Below the pieces are notes generated by a model. That model saw only the letters and a list, made by a program, of their open reading frames with translations, was not told the DNA's origin and searched no databases. From contig CAKMKJ010000039.1 of the NCBI GenBank assembly GCA_927443345.1, positions 2,372-66,371 on the forward strand: a stretch of 64,000 nucleotides of DNA, given 5' to 3'. This document shows positions 17,913-26,527 of the stretch, piece after piece (position 1 is the first letter of the stretch; each line of letters starts with the position of its first letter). The translations under genes were made by a program, and so were the position numbers. This DNA comes from an uncultured Anaerolineaceae bacterium (lineage in GTDB: Bacteria > Chloroflexota > Anaerolineae > Anaerolineales > Anaerolineaceae).

Positions 17913-18761
17913 ATGCAAGAAATTGCACCGCATATTTTTATCGAAACAACCTACCCCGGTGTCACTCTTGGCGCCATCAACTGGCCCCACGGCTTGATTT
18001 TGATTGATGCCCCGCTGCGACCAGATGATATTCGTTTATGGCGCAGCACCCTGGCTAATATGAACGGCGGCATTGACCGGCTTCTGGTCAACCTCGACGA
18101 GCATTTTGACCGCACCATTGGAGCACGCCAGGTTGAATGCATGGTCGCCGGTCACGAAAAAATGAACCTGTTGTTCCGCGACCGCCCCATCACTTTCAAG
18201 TCGCAGACGGTTGAGTCTGGCGCCGATTGGGAACTGCAAAACGGGCTGGGCAGCATCCGCTGGGCGCCGCCCGACATTTCATTCAGCCATCAACTGCGCA
18301 TCAGTTGGGATGCCGATCCCATCCTGCTTGAATACCATCCCGGCCCCTCCGCCTGCTCCACCTGGGTGGAACTGCCCAACCAAAAGATTGTGTTCGTCGG
18401 CGATACCGTGGTGCCCAACGCCCCGCCCTTTATTGGCAGCGCTGACCTCACCGCCTGGAAGGTTACTCTCAATCTGCTGCTTGATCCACAATACAAGGAT
18501 TACATCATTGTTTCTGGCCGCGGCGGAGTGGTAGATCACAACACGGTAAAAGAACAGCTCAAATTCCTTGAGAAGGTTGAACATCAGCTTCTCAAGCTGG
18601 CCGAAAAGAAATCCGCCCCCATTGAAGTGGAAAGAGCCGCCCACGGACTGCTCAAAAATTTCGAGGTGGATGGCGACAAGGCCGCCCATTATTTGCTGCG
18701 CCTCGCCTGGGGCATGCAGCAATACCTCAAACACCATCCAGAACTTGAACAAGCTGGATAG
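17913..18761 (+). CDS. MBL-fold-like protein with divergent metal motif
   Basis: The track ORF starts at 17889 (an ATGA overlap with the kinase stop). ATG 17913 has AAGGAG 5 nt upstream. DEHFDR stands where HxHxDH is expected. A later HPGPS and GDTV fit the MBL fold loosely. Confidence 0.45.
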   Translation: MQEIAPHIFIETTYPGVTLGAINWPHGLILIDAPLRPDDIRLWRSTLANMNGGIDRLLVNLDEHFDRTIGARQVECMVAGHEKMNLLFRDRPITFKSQTVESGADWELQNGLGSIRWAPPDISFSHQLRISWDADPILLEYHPGPSACSTWVELPNQKIVFVGDTVVPNAPPFIGSADLTAWKVTLNLLLDPQYKDYIIVSGRGGVVDHNTVKEQLKFLEKVEHQLLKLAEKKSAPIEVERAAHGLLKNFEVDGDKAAHYLLRLAWGMQQYLKHHPELEQAG

Positions 18762-18772
18762 CTAGCCCCGCG

Positions 18773-19435
18773 ATGGAAACCAAATCAGAAGCTGCCAGGC
18801 TCGTATTGACCCGCCTGCTGGATGCCTACGGCATGCCGACATGGCGTGACCCCCTGCCAGCAGTGGACGAACTGGTTTCCACCATCCTTTCTCAGAACAC
18901 CAACGATATCAACCGCGATAAAGCCTTCTTTGCGCTCAAGCGCCATTTTGCTGAATGGGAAGAGGTCAGGCTTGCCCCTGAAGCGGAGATCATTGAAGCC
19001 ATCCGCCCTGCCGGGTTGGCCAATCAAAAAGGTCCGCGCATTAAGGCGGTGCTTAACGAGATTTTCGCCGAGCGCGGCAATCTGGATTTGGGTTTTCTTG
19101 CAGAACTGCCGCTTGAAGACGCCCGCCAGTGGTTGTTGAAGTTTAAAGGCGTCGGGCGCAAAACCGCCGCCATCGTGCTGCAGTTCTCGCTCAACCGTCC
19201 TGCCTTCCCCGTGGATACCCATATCTACCGCATCACAGGCCGCCTGGGTCTGCGCCTCGAAAAGCTCAACCTTGAGCAGACTCATGACCTGATGGAGAAG
19301 CTCATTGATCCCATGGATTATTACGCCGGGCATCTCAACCTCATCCGCCTGGGACGGGAAATCTGCCATGCTGGAAAGCCCGATTGTTTACACTGCCCGG
19401 TCAACGATTTGTGCGAATATTACAAGAATCAGTAA
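18773..19435 (+). CDS. Endonuclease III-like HhH-GPD DNA glycosylase with [4Fe-4S] cluster loop
   Basis: 220 aa with the HhH motif FKGVGRKTAAIVL, a catalytic-region FPVDTH, and a C-terminal CHAGKPDCLHCPVNDLC. Confidence 0.8.
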   Translation: METKSEAARLVLTRLLDAYGMPTWRDPLPAVDELVSTILSQNTNDINRDKAFFALKRHFAEWEEVRLAPEAEIIEAIRPAGLANQKGPRIKAVLNEIFAERGNLDLGFLAELPLEDARQWLLKFKGVGRKTAAIVLQFSLNRPAFPVDTHIYRITGRLGLRLEKLNLEQTHDLMEKLIDPMDYYAGHLNLIRLGREICHAGKPDCLHCPVNDLCEYYKNQ

Positions 19436-19485
19436 TAAATAGGAAGTAGAAATTTTCTCCAAATCTACCCATCCATATTTTTAGT

Positions 19486-20133
19486 TTACGAATGCAATTT
19501 GCGATACATTGCTACAGAAACTAAATAGGATCCAATAAAAATCCCTATTAAAGTAGCAACGCTTAATCCCATAAGAAGTGTTATTTGTGAAGGGGTCGGA
19601 GAGAGTGAAAAAATATCAAAGTTCGCTTTTTTTATTATAACTACCACACCGATAAAAATAATCGCTAATATAACCAAGACCCACACCGACACTTCCAGCC
19701 CTTTGGTGAAGCTAGTCGGCAGGATTAAAAAACCAAATAACAATGAAACACCTAAGCCAATAAATGCAGATGCCAGATGAAGTGTAATTGAATGGTCTTG
19801 AAACCAAAAGTATACGCCGATATTCAAAGCAAGAGAAAACAAAAAATAAGCTATGCTTATAATACTGCATGACAAATATCTGCTTGCAACTATTTGTTTT
19901 TTTGATACAGGCAGAGAAATGGCATATGTATCCCATTTCCATTGTTCATCGGATGCCCTAAAGGTAAAAGGTGTAAATATAGTTAGGAATGGGAGTACCA
20001 CCGCCCCAAGAAGAAGCGCTCCCGTACTTTGCCAGAATATTAAAAAGGCAATAGTGGTGAACAGGAGTCCCGCTATTGTTGAAATTTTTTGTTTTTCCAG
20101 GGTGATTAAATCCTTAATAATTAATCCGTTCAT
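19486..20133 (-). CDS. ABC-2 type transporter permease
   Basis: 215 aa with about 6 hydrophobic helices. It overlaps the ATPase gene by 4 nt. GC is visibly low. Confidence 0.55.
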   Translation of the reverse strand: MNGLIIKDLITLEKQKISTIAGLLFTTIAFLIFWQSTGALLLGAVVLPFLTIFTPFTFRASDEQWKWDTYAISLPVSKKQIVASRYLSCSIISIAYFLFSLALNIGVYFWFQDHSITLHLASAFIGLGVSLLFGFLILPTSFTKGLEVSVWVLVILAIIFIGVVVIIKKANFDIFSLSPTPSQITLLMGLSVATLIGIFIGSYLVSVAMYRKLHS

Positions 20134-20990
20134 TTCTTTTCTCCCTTTACATGTAATAGCATGATTTCGCTAATAGTAACGCTATCTATGATGCACTTTC
20201 TATATTTGCGGCGAGCTTCTTCTTTATCGGCGACTAGAACTTGCCATTCATAATCTTGTTTCCTGTAGGCAATAATATCTGCTTTTTCAATTTGGTTAAA
20301 CGTTTCCGCTCCACATTTAATCAGGCCATAATGATAAAGAAGTTCATCTTTTGTTTTACTAAAAAGCAACTTCCCTTTGTGAATGAAGGTAATGTAGTCG
20401 GTAATTTTCTCTAAATCATCGGTGATATGTGAAGAGAAAAGCACTCCATTTTTTTCGTCCTGGATAAACTCCAAAAGTATATCCAACATTTCATCGCGCA
20501 TCACCGGGTCTAAACCACTGGTTGCTTCATCCAAAATCAACAGCTGCGGCTGATGAGAAAGGGCCACCGCGAAAGACAACTTGACTTTCATGCCTTTAGA
20601 AAAAGCTTTAATTTGTTTATCCAGGGGGAGTCCAAACCGGTTTAGGTAATCTCGATATGTTTTGGGCTGCCATGTTGCATAAATGCCTTTCAAAAACAGT
20701 TCCATTTCATTGGCGTTGAACAAATCGGGAAAATGAAAATCATCAAAGACGACACCAATTCTCTCTTTGACGGCCTTTTCGTACTCCAAATGGTCTTTTC
20801 CAAAGATTTTTATACTTCCGCCATCTTTTCTCATTTCATTTAAAATCAAATTAATGGTTGTCGTTTTCCCTGCACCGTTTTCACCAATCATCCCCATAAT
20901 CGTGCCTTGAGGAATTGAAAAGCTTAATGAGTCCAATGTAAAATCAGGATATTTTTTCGATAAATTTTCTATTTCCAAAATATTACCCAT
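20130..20990 (-). CDS. ABC transporter ATP-binding protein
   Basis: 286 aa with Walker A GENGAGKTT, an ABC signature region, and Walker B LLILDEATSGLD. Confidence 0.9.
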   Translation of the reverse strand: MGNILEIENLSKKYPDFTLDSLSFSIPQGTIMGMIGENGAGKTTTINLILNEMRKDGGSIKIFGKDHLEYEKAVKERIGVVFDDFHFPDLFNANEMELFLKGIYATWQPKTYRDYLNRFGLPLDKQIKAFSKGMKVKLSFAVALSHQPQLLILDEATSGLDPVMRDEMLDILLEFIQDEKNGVLFSSHITDDLEKITDYITFIHKGKLLFSKTKDELLYHYGLIKCGAETFNQIEKADIIAYRKQDYEWQVLVADKEEARRKYRKCIIDSVTISEIMLLHVKGEKK

Positions 20991-20991
20991 A

Positions 20992-21369
20992 TTAATCTTC
21001 CTTCAAATAAAAAAGGGTTAAAAGCTCGATTAGTTTTTCGACCGAAATGCCGTTTGCACGGCCAATCTCGACAGCCTCCTGCAAGTGTTCCTCGGCTTTT
21101 TTCTGTTGTTCCTCCAGAATAAAATTTCGATTTTGGATGGCAACAAAGCTGCCGCGGCCTGTTACTGTTTCAATAAACCCATCACGCTGCAAATCCTCAT
21201 AAGCTCTTTGGGCTGTTATGACGCTGATATGTAATGATTTTGCCAATGCCCGCATAGAAGGGAGCATATCGCCCGTTTCGAGTAATCCGTTCATAATCAT
21301 CGCTTTTATTTGCAATGTAATTTGTTCGTAAATGGGCTTACTACTCTTATTACTAATGATTATCTCCAC
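20992..21369 (-). CDS. GntR family (YtrA-type) transcriptional regulator
   Basis: It has the winged-HTH KPIYEQITLQIKAMIMNGLLETGDMLPSMRALAKSLHISVITAQRAYEDL and a short C-terminal part, as in the YtrA subfamily. I set the start at GTG 21369, with AGGAGG 9 nt upstream. The longer track ORF would run through the promoter. Confidence 0.8.
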   Translation of the reverse strand: MEIIISNKSSKPIYEQITLQIKAMIMNGLLETGDMLPSMRALAKSLHISVITAQRAYEDLQRDGFIETVTGRGSFVAIQNRNFILEEQQKKAEEHLQEAVEIGRANGISVEKLIELLTLFYLKED

Positions 21370-21390
21370 ACGCCAAGTCCTCCTTGTGCT

Positions 21391-21444
21391 TATAAGTACA
21401 TATTGTATAAGTACATTATAGCACACACAAATGATCAATGTCAA
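21391..21444 (-). promoter_or_regulatory. Consensus sigma-70-type promoter plus direct-repeat operator of the GntR/ABC cassette
   Basis: On the minus strand the promoter reads TTGACA (21444-21439), an 18-nt spacer, then TATAAT (21420-21415). Two copies of the 11-mer TATAAGTACAT (plus-strand 21391-21401 and 21406-21416) follow it directly and cover the predicted transcription start. Confidence 0.55.
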
Positions 21445-21563
21445 TTTTAAATTTATAACCTTTGAGAGCCTTATGAATTCTGCCGCGTCTGGAAGTCTGA
21501 TCTGCTTTGCCCATTTTGCGACTCTACGATTTGTTCAAGCAACATCTTGTATAATCGAGTCTA

Positions 21564-22130
21564 ATGGTTGAAATCACCCTCGTCAGACACGGACAAACCG
21601 ATTGGAATGCCGCCCGCCGTTTTCAGGGGCAGACAGATATTGCCTTGAACACAACGGGTATCGAACAAGCCAACAAACTGGCTGCGATACTTGCCGATGA
21701 TCATTTTGATGCTATTTACGCCAGCGACCTCAGCCGGGCTTCACAAACAGCTAGCATCATTGCCGATACCCTGGGCTTGCCTGTCACCAAAGATGCCCGC
21801 CTGCGAGAGATTTGCAAGGGTGTTTTCGAAGGCATGGTTTATGACGAGGTAAAAGAAAAATATCCAGTTGAACTGCAGCGAGATCATGACGACCCGATAA
21901 ATTCACGCACCCCGGGGGCTGAAACCGTTGCTGAAGTAGCCATGCGCATGCGGGCCGCCGCGGACGAGATCGCCGGGCGCCATCCTGGCGGACGGATTTT
22001 GCTTGTTTCGCACGGGCTGGCCGTCTCGACCTTATACTGTCAGGCTAACCAGATTTCACTTGCCGAGGTCTATCACCACATCCCCGATAACGCCGTCCCC
22101 ATGCAGATTGTATGGGGATATCACAATTAA
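21564..22130 (+). CDS. Histidine phosphatase family protein (phosphoglycerate mutase-like)
   Basis: 188 aa with the RHG motif (LVRHGQTDWN) and a distal SHG. Confidence 0.85.
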   Translation: MVEITLVRHGQTDWNAARRFQGQTDIALNTTGIEQANKLAAILADDHFDAIYASDLSRASQTASIIADTLGLPVTKDARLREICKGVFEGMVYDEVKEKYPVELQRDHDDPINSRTPGAETVAEVAMRMRAAADEIAGRHPGGRILLVSHGLAVSTLYCQANQISLAEVYHHIPDNAVPMQIVWGYHN

Positions 22131-22192
22131 AGTGACAAAAACAAGGCGTTTGTATCGTTTAGACCAATTTTAGAACAAATTTGCTAAACCTA

Positions 22193-22221
22193 TTGACTTT
22201 TTAGAATTCTTGTTCTATAAT
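22193..22221 (+). promoter_or_regulatory. Near-consensus promoter upstream of the membrane protein gene
   Basis: TTGACT (22193-22198), a 17-nt spacer, then TATAAT (22216-22221). AGGAGG lies 7 nt before ATG 22268. TAGAACAA (22171-22178) and TTGTTCTA (22210-22217) form an 8-bp inverted repeat bracketing the -35. Confidence 0.5.
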
Positions 22222-22267
22222 GTGACTGTTCGTTCTAATCAGAAGCAATCGTTCAGGAGGCACAGTC

Positions 22268-22990
22268 ATGAACCTAACCAGCACCCGCTCTTTCTTTCGC
22301 AGTCCACTGCAAACCCTTGCAAAATCCGGCATCCGCTCAAACACCATCTACGGCATGATCATCATCCTTGCCATGTTCGCCTTCGAGGCGTTCAACTACG
22401 GCACAACCAACTATGCCTTGAAGGATCTTTTAGGCGACCTACGTTTCGCCGGCATCCCCTGGGCCACGCTGATGGCGCTGGCCTTCTGCGGTCTGGATTT
22501 TGCCGGTATCGCTCGTTTAATCACCACCAACGGTCGTGAAGAGAACCCGAGAGCATCATGGTACCTGTTTGGCGCATGGCTGATTGCCGGAACTTTCAAT
22601 GCCATCCTCACCTGGTGGGGTGTCTCAATTGCCATCTCTTCTCACACCACCGTGAGCGCTGCCCTGGCGAGCACCCAATCACTCACTACGATCGTCCCTG
22701 TTATGGTGGCCGTCATGGTGTGGATCATCCGTATTCTCATCATCGGATCACTTTCAAGTGCGCTCGAAAAAACACAGAACGCCAGCCGTCGCTCTCAGCC
22801 TGCTGCCAGAACTGCCAACACAAGCACCCCGCAGCGCTTCAATCCCAATCAGGAACGCCCGGCTGCCAACCTTCACCGCATCGTCCCATCGCAGCAGCGA
22901 CCTACTGGCTCTGTTGCCGCCAGTGCCCCCCGCTCGGAACCTACCTATCACAAGTTCGATTCCAGCGACCATTCATCCAGAACGATGTGA
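22268..22990 (+). CDS. Hypothetical membrane protein with low-complexity C-terminal tail
   Basis: 240 aa with about 4 TM helices, then an S/P/Q/R/A-rich tail. It has a good SD and promoter. I recognise no family. Confidence 0.55.
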   Translation: MNLTSTRSFFRSPLQTLAKSGIRSNTIYGMIIILAMFAFEAFNYGTTNYALKDLLGDLRFAGIPWATLMALAFCGLDFAGIARLITTNGREENPRASWYLFGAWLIAGTFNAILTWWGVSIAISSHTTVSAALASTQSLTTIVPVMVAVMVWIIRILIIGSLSSALEKTQNASRRSQPAARTANTSTPQRFNPNQERPAANLHRIVPSQQRPTGSVAASAPRSEPTYHKFDSSDHSSRTM

Positions 22991-23000
22991 CATAATAGAT

Positions 23001-23030
23001 CGTAGGGGCGGTTCATGAACCGCCCCTACG
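23001..23030. repeat. Perfect 30-bp palindrome (GTAGGGGCGG family, copy 1), terminator position
   Basis: CGTAGGGGCGGTTCA|TGAACCGCCCCTACG, located between two convergent genes (stops at 22990 and 23073). Related copies are at 31740-31767 and 42971-43006. Confidence 0.85.
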
Positions 23031-23072
23031 AATTTACAAATTTTCTTTTTGGATTTTTCTTACTTATTCGAT

Positions 23073-23750
23073 TTATTCCTTTTCCTTCAGCACGTACCCC
23101 ACACCCCTGACTGTGTAAATCAACTTGGATTCCTTGCTGGATTCCAGTTTTTGACGCAAATAGCGGATGTACACATCCAGCACATTGCTCTCACCGCCGA
23201 AATCATAACCCCACACGCGATCAAAAATAACCTCACGGGTCAACACCTTGCGCGGATTACGGATGAAGATTTCAAGCAGATCATATTCTTTGGCGGTCAG
23301 ATGAATCACACGCCCATTGCGTAAAGCCTGTCTTGTTGATGTATCCAGGGTGAGATCGCCAAAAGTGTAGATCATCGACTGGTCAAGTTGGGTTCTGCGC
23401 AGCAAAGCTCTGATGCGCGCCATAAGCTCTTCGGTCTCATATGGTTTGACCATGTAATCATCTGCGCCTGCATCCAAGCCCAGTACCCGGTCTTTGGTAG
23501 ATTCCTTGCCGGTCAACATCAAAATGGGTTGGGTTCCGATTTGCCGAATTCGACTGCAAACTTCAAGACCGTCCATTCCCGGAAGAATCCAATCGAGAAC
23601 CACCAGGTCAGGTGAATTCTCGGTGAATTTAGCTAAACCGCTCAATCCATCCTCAGCAATATCCACCAGGTATCCCTCAGCTAATAATGCTCTTTTGACT
23701 AAACCTGCGAATCGATCATCGTCGTCTATCAGTAATATTTTTGAACTCAT
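23073..23750 (-). CDS. OmpR-family response regulator (canonical receiver)
   Basis: It has LLIDDDD, DLVVLDWILPGMDG (phospho-acceptor Asp present), a KP motif, and a winged-helix C-terminus ending in VRGVGY. The start is set at ATG 23750, with GGAGGG upstream. Confidence 0.88.
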   Translation of the reverse strand: MSSKILLIDDDDRFAGLVKRALLAEGYLVDIAEDGLSGLAKFTENSPDLVVLDWILPGMDGLEVCSRIRQIGTQPILMLTGKESTKDRVLGLDAGADDYMVKPYETEELMARIRALLRRTQLDQSMIYTFGDLTLDTSTRQALRNGRVIHLTAKEYDLLEIFIRNPRKVLTREVIFDRVWGYDFGGESNVLDVYIRYLRQKLESSKESKLIYTVRGVGYVLKEKE

Positions 23751-23876
23751 TTTCCCTCCATTACACTCTAGCAATACGAATAATTATCTAATTATTGCAC
23801 ACTTTGTCATATTAATAAACCATCAATCCTGATAACTCTATACAAAGAATGGCGCTCAAAGCGTTATAATTCGCTC

Positions 23877-25019
23877 ATGGACATCGCTCCCTGTAAACCC
23901 GCTGTTTGGGTGAATACTTCGCAAGGCTTGACCGAAGCATTCCAGGCCTTAGAATCTCAAACCCGTATCGCTGTTGATACTGAATCAAACAGCCTTTTTT
24001 CTTATCAAGAAAAAGTCTGCCTGATTCAAATTTCTTCCCCTGAAACGGATTATGTTTTTGACCCTTTTGAATTTACTGACCTTTCGCTGCTTGGCCTGCT
24101 ATTCCAAAATCCAAAGCAGGAAAAAATCTTTCACGCTTCTGAATACGACCTGATCTGCCTTAAAAGAGATTACCATTTCACTTTTGTCAATATTTTTGAC
24201 ACCATGATAGCGGCACGCATTTTAGGTGCCCCACAAGTAGGATTGGGATCTCTTTTACAAAAATATTTCGACATCAATCTGGAAAAAAAATATCAACGCG
24301 CCAACTGGGGATTGCGTCCGCTGCCGCCTGAAATGCTCGATTATGCCCGCCTAGACACATATTATTTATTTAAACTGCGTGACATCCTCGAATCGGAATT
24401 ATCCACACACGAGCTGCTTGATCTTGCGCTTGAAGATTTCTCCAACGCCTGCAATGCTGCTGGCCATGCCAGCGGAAACGGCCACGACCCGTGTTGGAAG
24501 CTGGCTGGCTCAGGCCACCCCGACCCCCGCCAGGTCACTATTTTGAAAGAATTGTGTATATACCGTGATGAACAAGCCAAAAAAGCAGATTTGCCGCACT
24601 TCAAAATTCTTTCCAATGACATGCTGGTGGAGGTCAGTCTCCATCGTCCAACAACCTTTGATGAACTTAGTCTGGTGCCTCATTTTTCTGACAAATTGGT
24701 CAAACGCCACGGCATTGGACTTTTAAAAGCAGTCGCCAGGGGTGAAAACGCGCCGCTGGTAACGCGAACAAAAAACCATCGGCCTGACGACGCCTTTCTA
24801 GCCAGGATTGACTGCTTAAAAAACTGGCGCAAGAACACTGCCAAGAAACATGAAGTCGAGTCTGATGTGGTTTTACCAAGAGAAATGTTGGAACACATTG
24901 CATCGACCAACCCTGCCACAAAAATGGAACTCAAAACGGCTATGGGCAACTCACCCATCCGCTACAAGAAGTTTGGGGCTTTAATCATGAAAGCGTTGAA
25001 GAAAACGGAGAACCTATGA
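23877..25019 (+). CDS. rnd: Ribonuclease D (DEDDy 3'-5' exonuclease + HRDC)
   Basis: 380 aa with VDTESNSL (DxE), HASEYDL and YARLDTYYL (YxxxD). The C-terminal part is HRDC-like. Confidence 0.8.
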   Translation: MDIAPCKPAVWVNTSQGLTEAFQALESQTRIAVDTESNSLFSYQEKVCLIQISSPETDYVFDPFEFTDLSLLGLLFQNPKQEKIFHASEYDLICLKRDYHFTFVNIFDTMIAARILGAPQVGLGSLLQKYFDINLEKKYQRANWGLRPLPPEMLDYARLDTYYLFKLRDILESELSTHELLDLALEDFSNACNAAGHASGNGHDPCWKLAGSGHPDPRQVTILKELCIYRDEQAKKADLPHFKILSNDMLVEVSLHRPTTFDELSLVPHFSDKLVKRHGIGLLKAVARGENAPLVTRTKNHRPDDAFLARIDCLKNWRKNTAKKHEVESDVVLPREMLEHIASTNPATKMELKTAMGNSPIRYKKFGALIMKALKKTENL

Positions 25020-26410
25020 AAATATCATTTGATGGTGCAGCTCAAACCGTAACCGGTTCCAGACACTTGATCGAAGTCAACGGGCACAGAATTTTATTGG
25101 ATTGCGGTCTGTTTCAAGGCAAGCGTGCTGATAATTACGACAAGAATCAAAAGTTTGATTTTGATCCCGCTTCGCTTGATGCGGTCATCCTCTCTCATGC
25201 GCACATAGACCACAGTGGCAACCTGCCTAACCTGGTGAAAAATGGATACAAAGGACCAATCTATGCCACACCGCCCACCGTCACACTGGGCGAGATCATG
25301 CTGCAGGATTCTGCTCACATCCAGGAGCAGGATACCCTCTACGTTAATAAAAAACGCGCCAAACGCGGTTTGCCCGCCATGGAGCCGCTTTATACTTTAG
25401 CCGATGCACTCGAAGCCATTGAAAAATATTACCCGGTTAAATATGAAGAAGCTTTCTCGCCGGTTCCCGGTGTGACGGTGCGCTTCTTTAATGCTGGTCA
25501 TATACTTGGTTCCGCTGCCATCCGACTTGATATAGTCGAGAACGGCCAGCACAAGAGCCTGTGGTTCTCTGGCGATATTGGCCGTAAAGACCTGCCCCTT
25601 CTGCCTGAACCCGTCTTCCCCACTGATGTGGACTATTTGCTGATGGAATGTACCTACGGCGACGAAAATCACGACAGCGTGGATTCAGCCTACGAAAAAT
25701 TTAAGGCAATCGTCATGAAGACCATCAACCGCGGCGGCAAGATCATCATCCCTGCCTTTGCTGTGGGCCGCACCCAGGAAATTGTCTATTTTCTAAATAT
25801 GATGAAATCGGAAAACCTGATCAATGACCTGCCTGTTTTCGTAGACAGTCCGCTGGCAGTGGCCGCTTCAAAGATTTTCAAAGGTTACCCCGATTATTTT
25901 GATGAAGAGACATTTGACTTCATTCGCAACGAAAAAAGCCCAGCCCTTGATTTTACCGGATTGCGCTATGTCAGCTCCGTTGACGAATCCAAGGCGATAA
26001 ACGATAAAAAAGGACCTATGGTGATCATCTCGGCGTCAGGCATGTCTGAAGCTGGACGCATCTTGCACCACCTCAAAAACAACATTGAAGACCAAAACAA
26101 TACCGTGCTGATTGTTGGCTGGCAAGCCCCCAACACCCTGGGTCGGCGCCTGGTGGATAGGGAACGCATGGTCAGAATTTTCGGCGATGAGTACGACCTG
26201 CGCGCAGAAGTGGTCACCATCAATGGTCTCTCAGCCCACGCCGGTCAGGATTACCTGCTGCAATATGCCTCTGCCGTCAAAGGCCGCGTCAAAAAGATAT
26301 TCCTCGTCCACGGCGAAGCGGAAGCTGCTGCAGTTTTTATGGCTAAACTCAAAGAGGCAGGCATCGGTCCGGTCGAGTATCCGACTTACCAACAACAAGT
26401 GGAAATTTAA
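25016..26410 (+). CDS. MBL-fold beta-CASP family ribonuclease
   Basis: 464 aa with HAHIDHSGNLP and downstream beta-CASP-like motifs. Its start overlaps the rnd stop (ATGA). Confidence 0.8.
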   Translation: MKISFDGAAQTVTGSRHLIEVNGHRILLDCGLFQGKRADNYDKNQKFDFDPASLDAVILSHAHIDHSGNLPNLVKNGYKGPIYATPPTVTLGEIMLQDSAHIQEQDTLYVNKKRAKRGLPAMEPLYTLADALEAIEKYYPVKYEEAFSPVPGVTVRFFNAGHILGSAAIRLDIVENGQHKSLWFSGDIGRKDLPLLPEPVFPTDVDYLLMECTYGDENHDSVDSAYEKFKAIVMKTINRGGKIIIPAFAVGRTQEIVYFLNMMKSENLINDLPVFVDSPLAVAASKIFKGYPDYFDEETFDFIRNEKSPALDFTGLRYVSSVDESKAINDKKGPMVIISASGMSEAGRILHHLKNNIEDQNNTVLIVGWQAPNTLGRRLVDRERMVRIFGDEYDLRAEVVTINGLSAHAGQDYLLQYASAVKGRVKKIFLVHGEAEAAAVFMAKLKEAGIGPVEYPTYQQQVEI

Positions 26411-26436
26411 GTTTTTCGGTTATAATCTTGCCATTC

Positions 26437-26527
26437 GGAGAGGTGCCAGAGTGGCTGAATGGGGCGGTCTCGAAAACCGTTGTGGCCTTCCGGGTCACCG
26501 TGGGTTCAAATCCCACCCTCTCCGCCA
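26437..26527 (+). tRNA. tRNA-Ser (anticodon CGA), CCA encoded
   Basis: The acceptor stem is GGAGAGG/CCTCTCC. The anticodon loop CTCGAAA has U33 and CGA. It has a long variable arm (TGTGGCCTTCCGGGTCACCG), a T-arm GTGGGTTCAAATCCCAC, discriminator G, and CCA. Confidence 0.9.

Noticed and set aside
21370-21444. N-terminal extension of the GntR ORF; likewise 38939-38989 for the SWIM gene and 63827-63877 for the channel gene
   Set aside because: The extensions run through a consensus -35/-10 promoter (21415-21444), a 10-bp GC hairpin (38983-39009) and a terminator hairpin (63877-63912) respectively. They also start at GTG or TTG codons without an SD. Internal starts with an SD or an ATG fit better.
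22210-22539. 109-aa ORF overlapping the start of the membrane protein gene
   Set aside because: It begins inside the promoter spacer, overlapping the -10 element, and has no SD. The overlapping frame from 22268 has AGGAGG and a coherent TM topology.
23865-23879. Leaderless-mRNA promoter for rnd (TATAAT 6 nt before the ATG)
   Set aside because: The TATAAT at 23865-23870 is real, but I could not find a matching -35 or an extended -10. Leaderless initiation here is therefore only a guess, and I did not list it as a feature.
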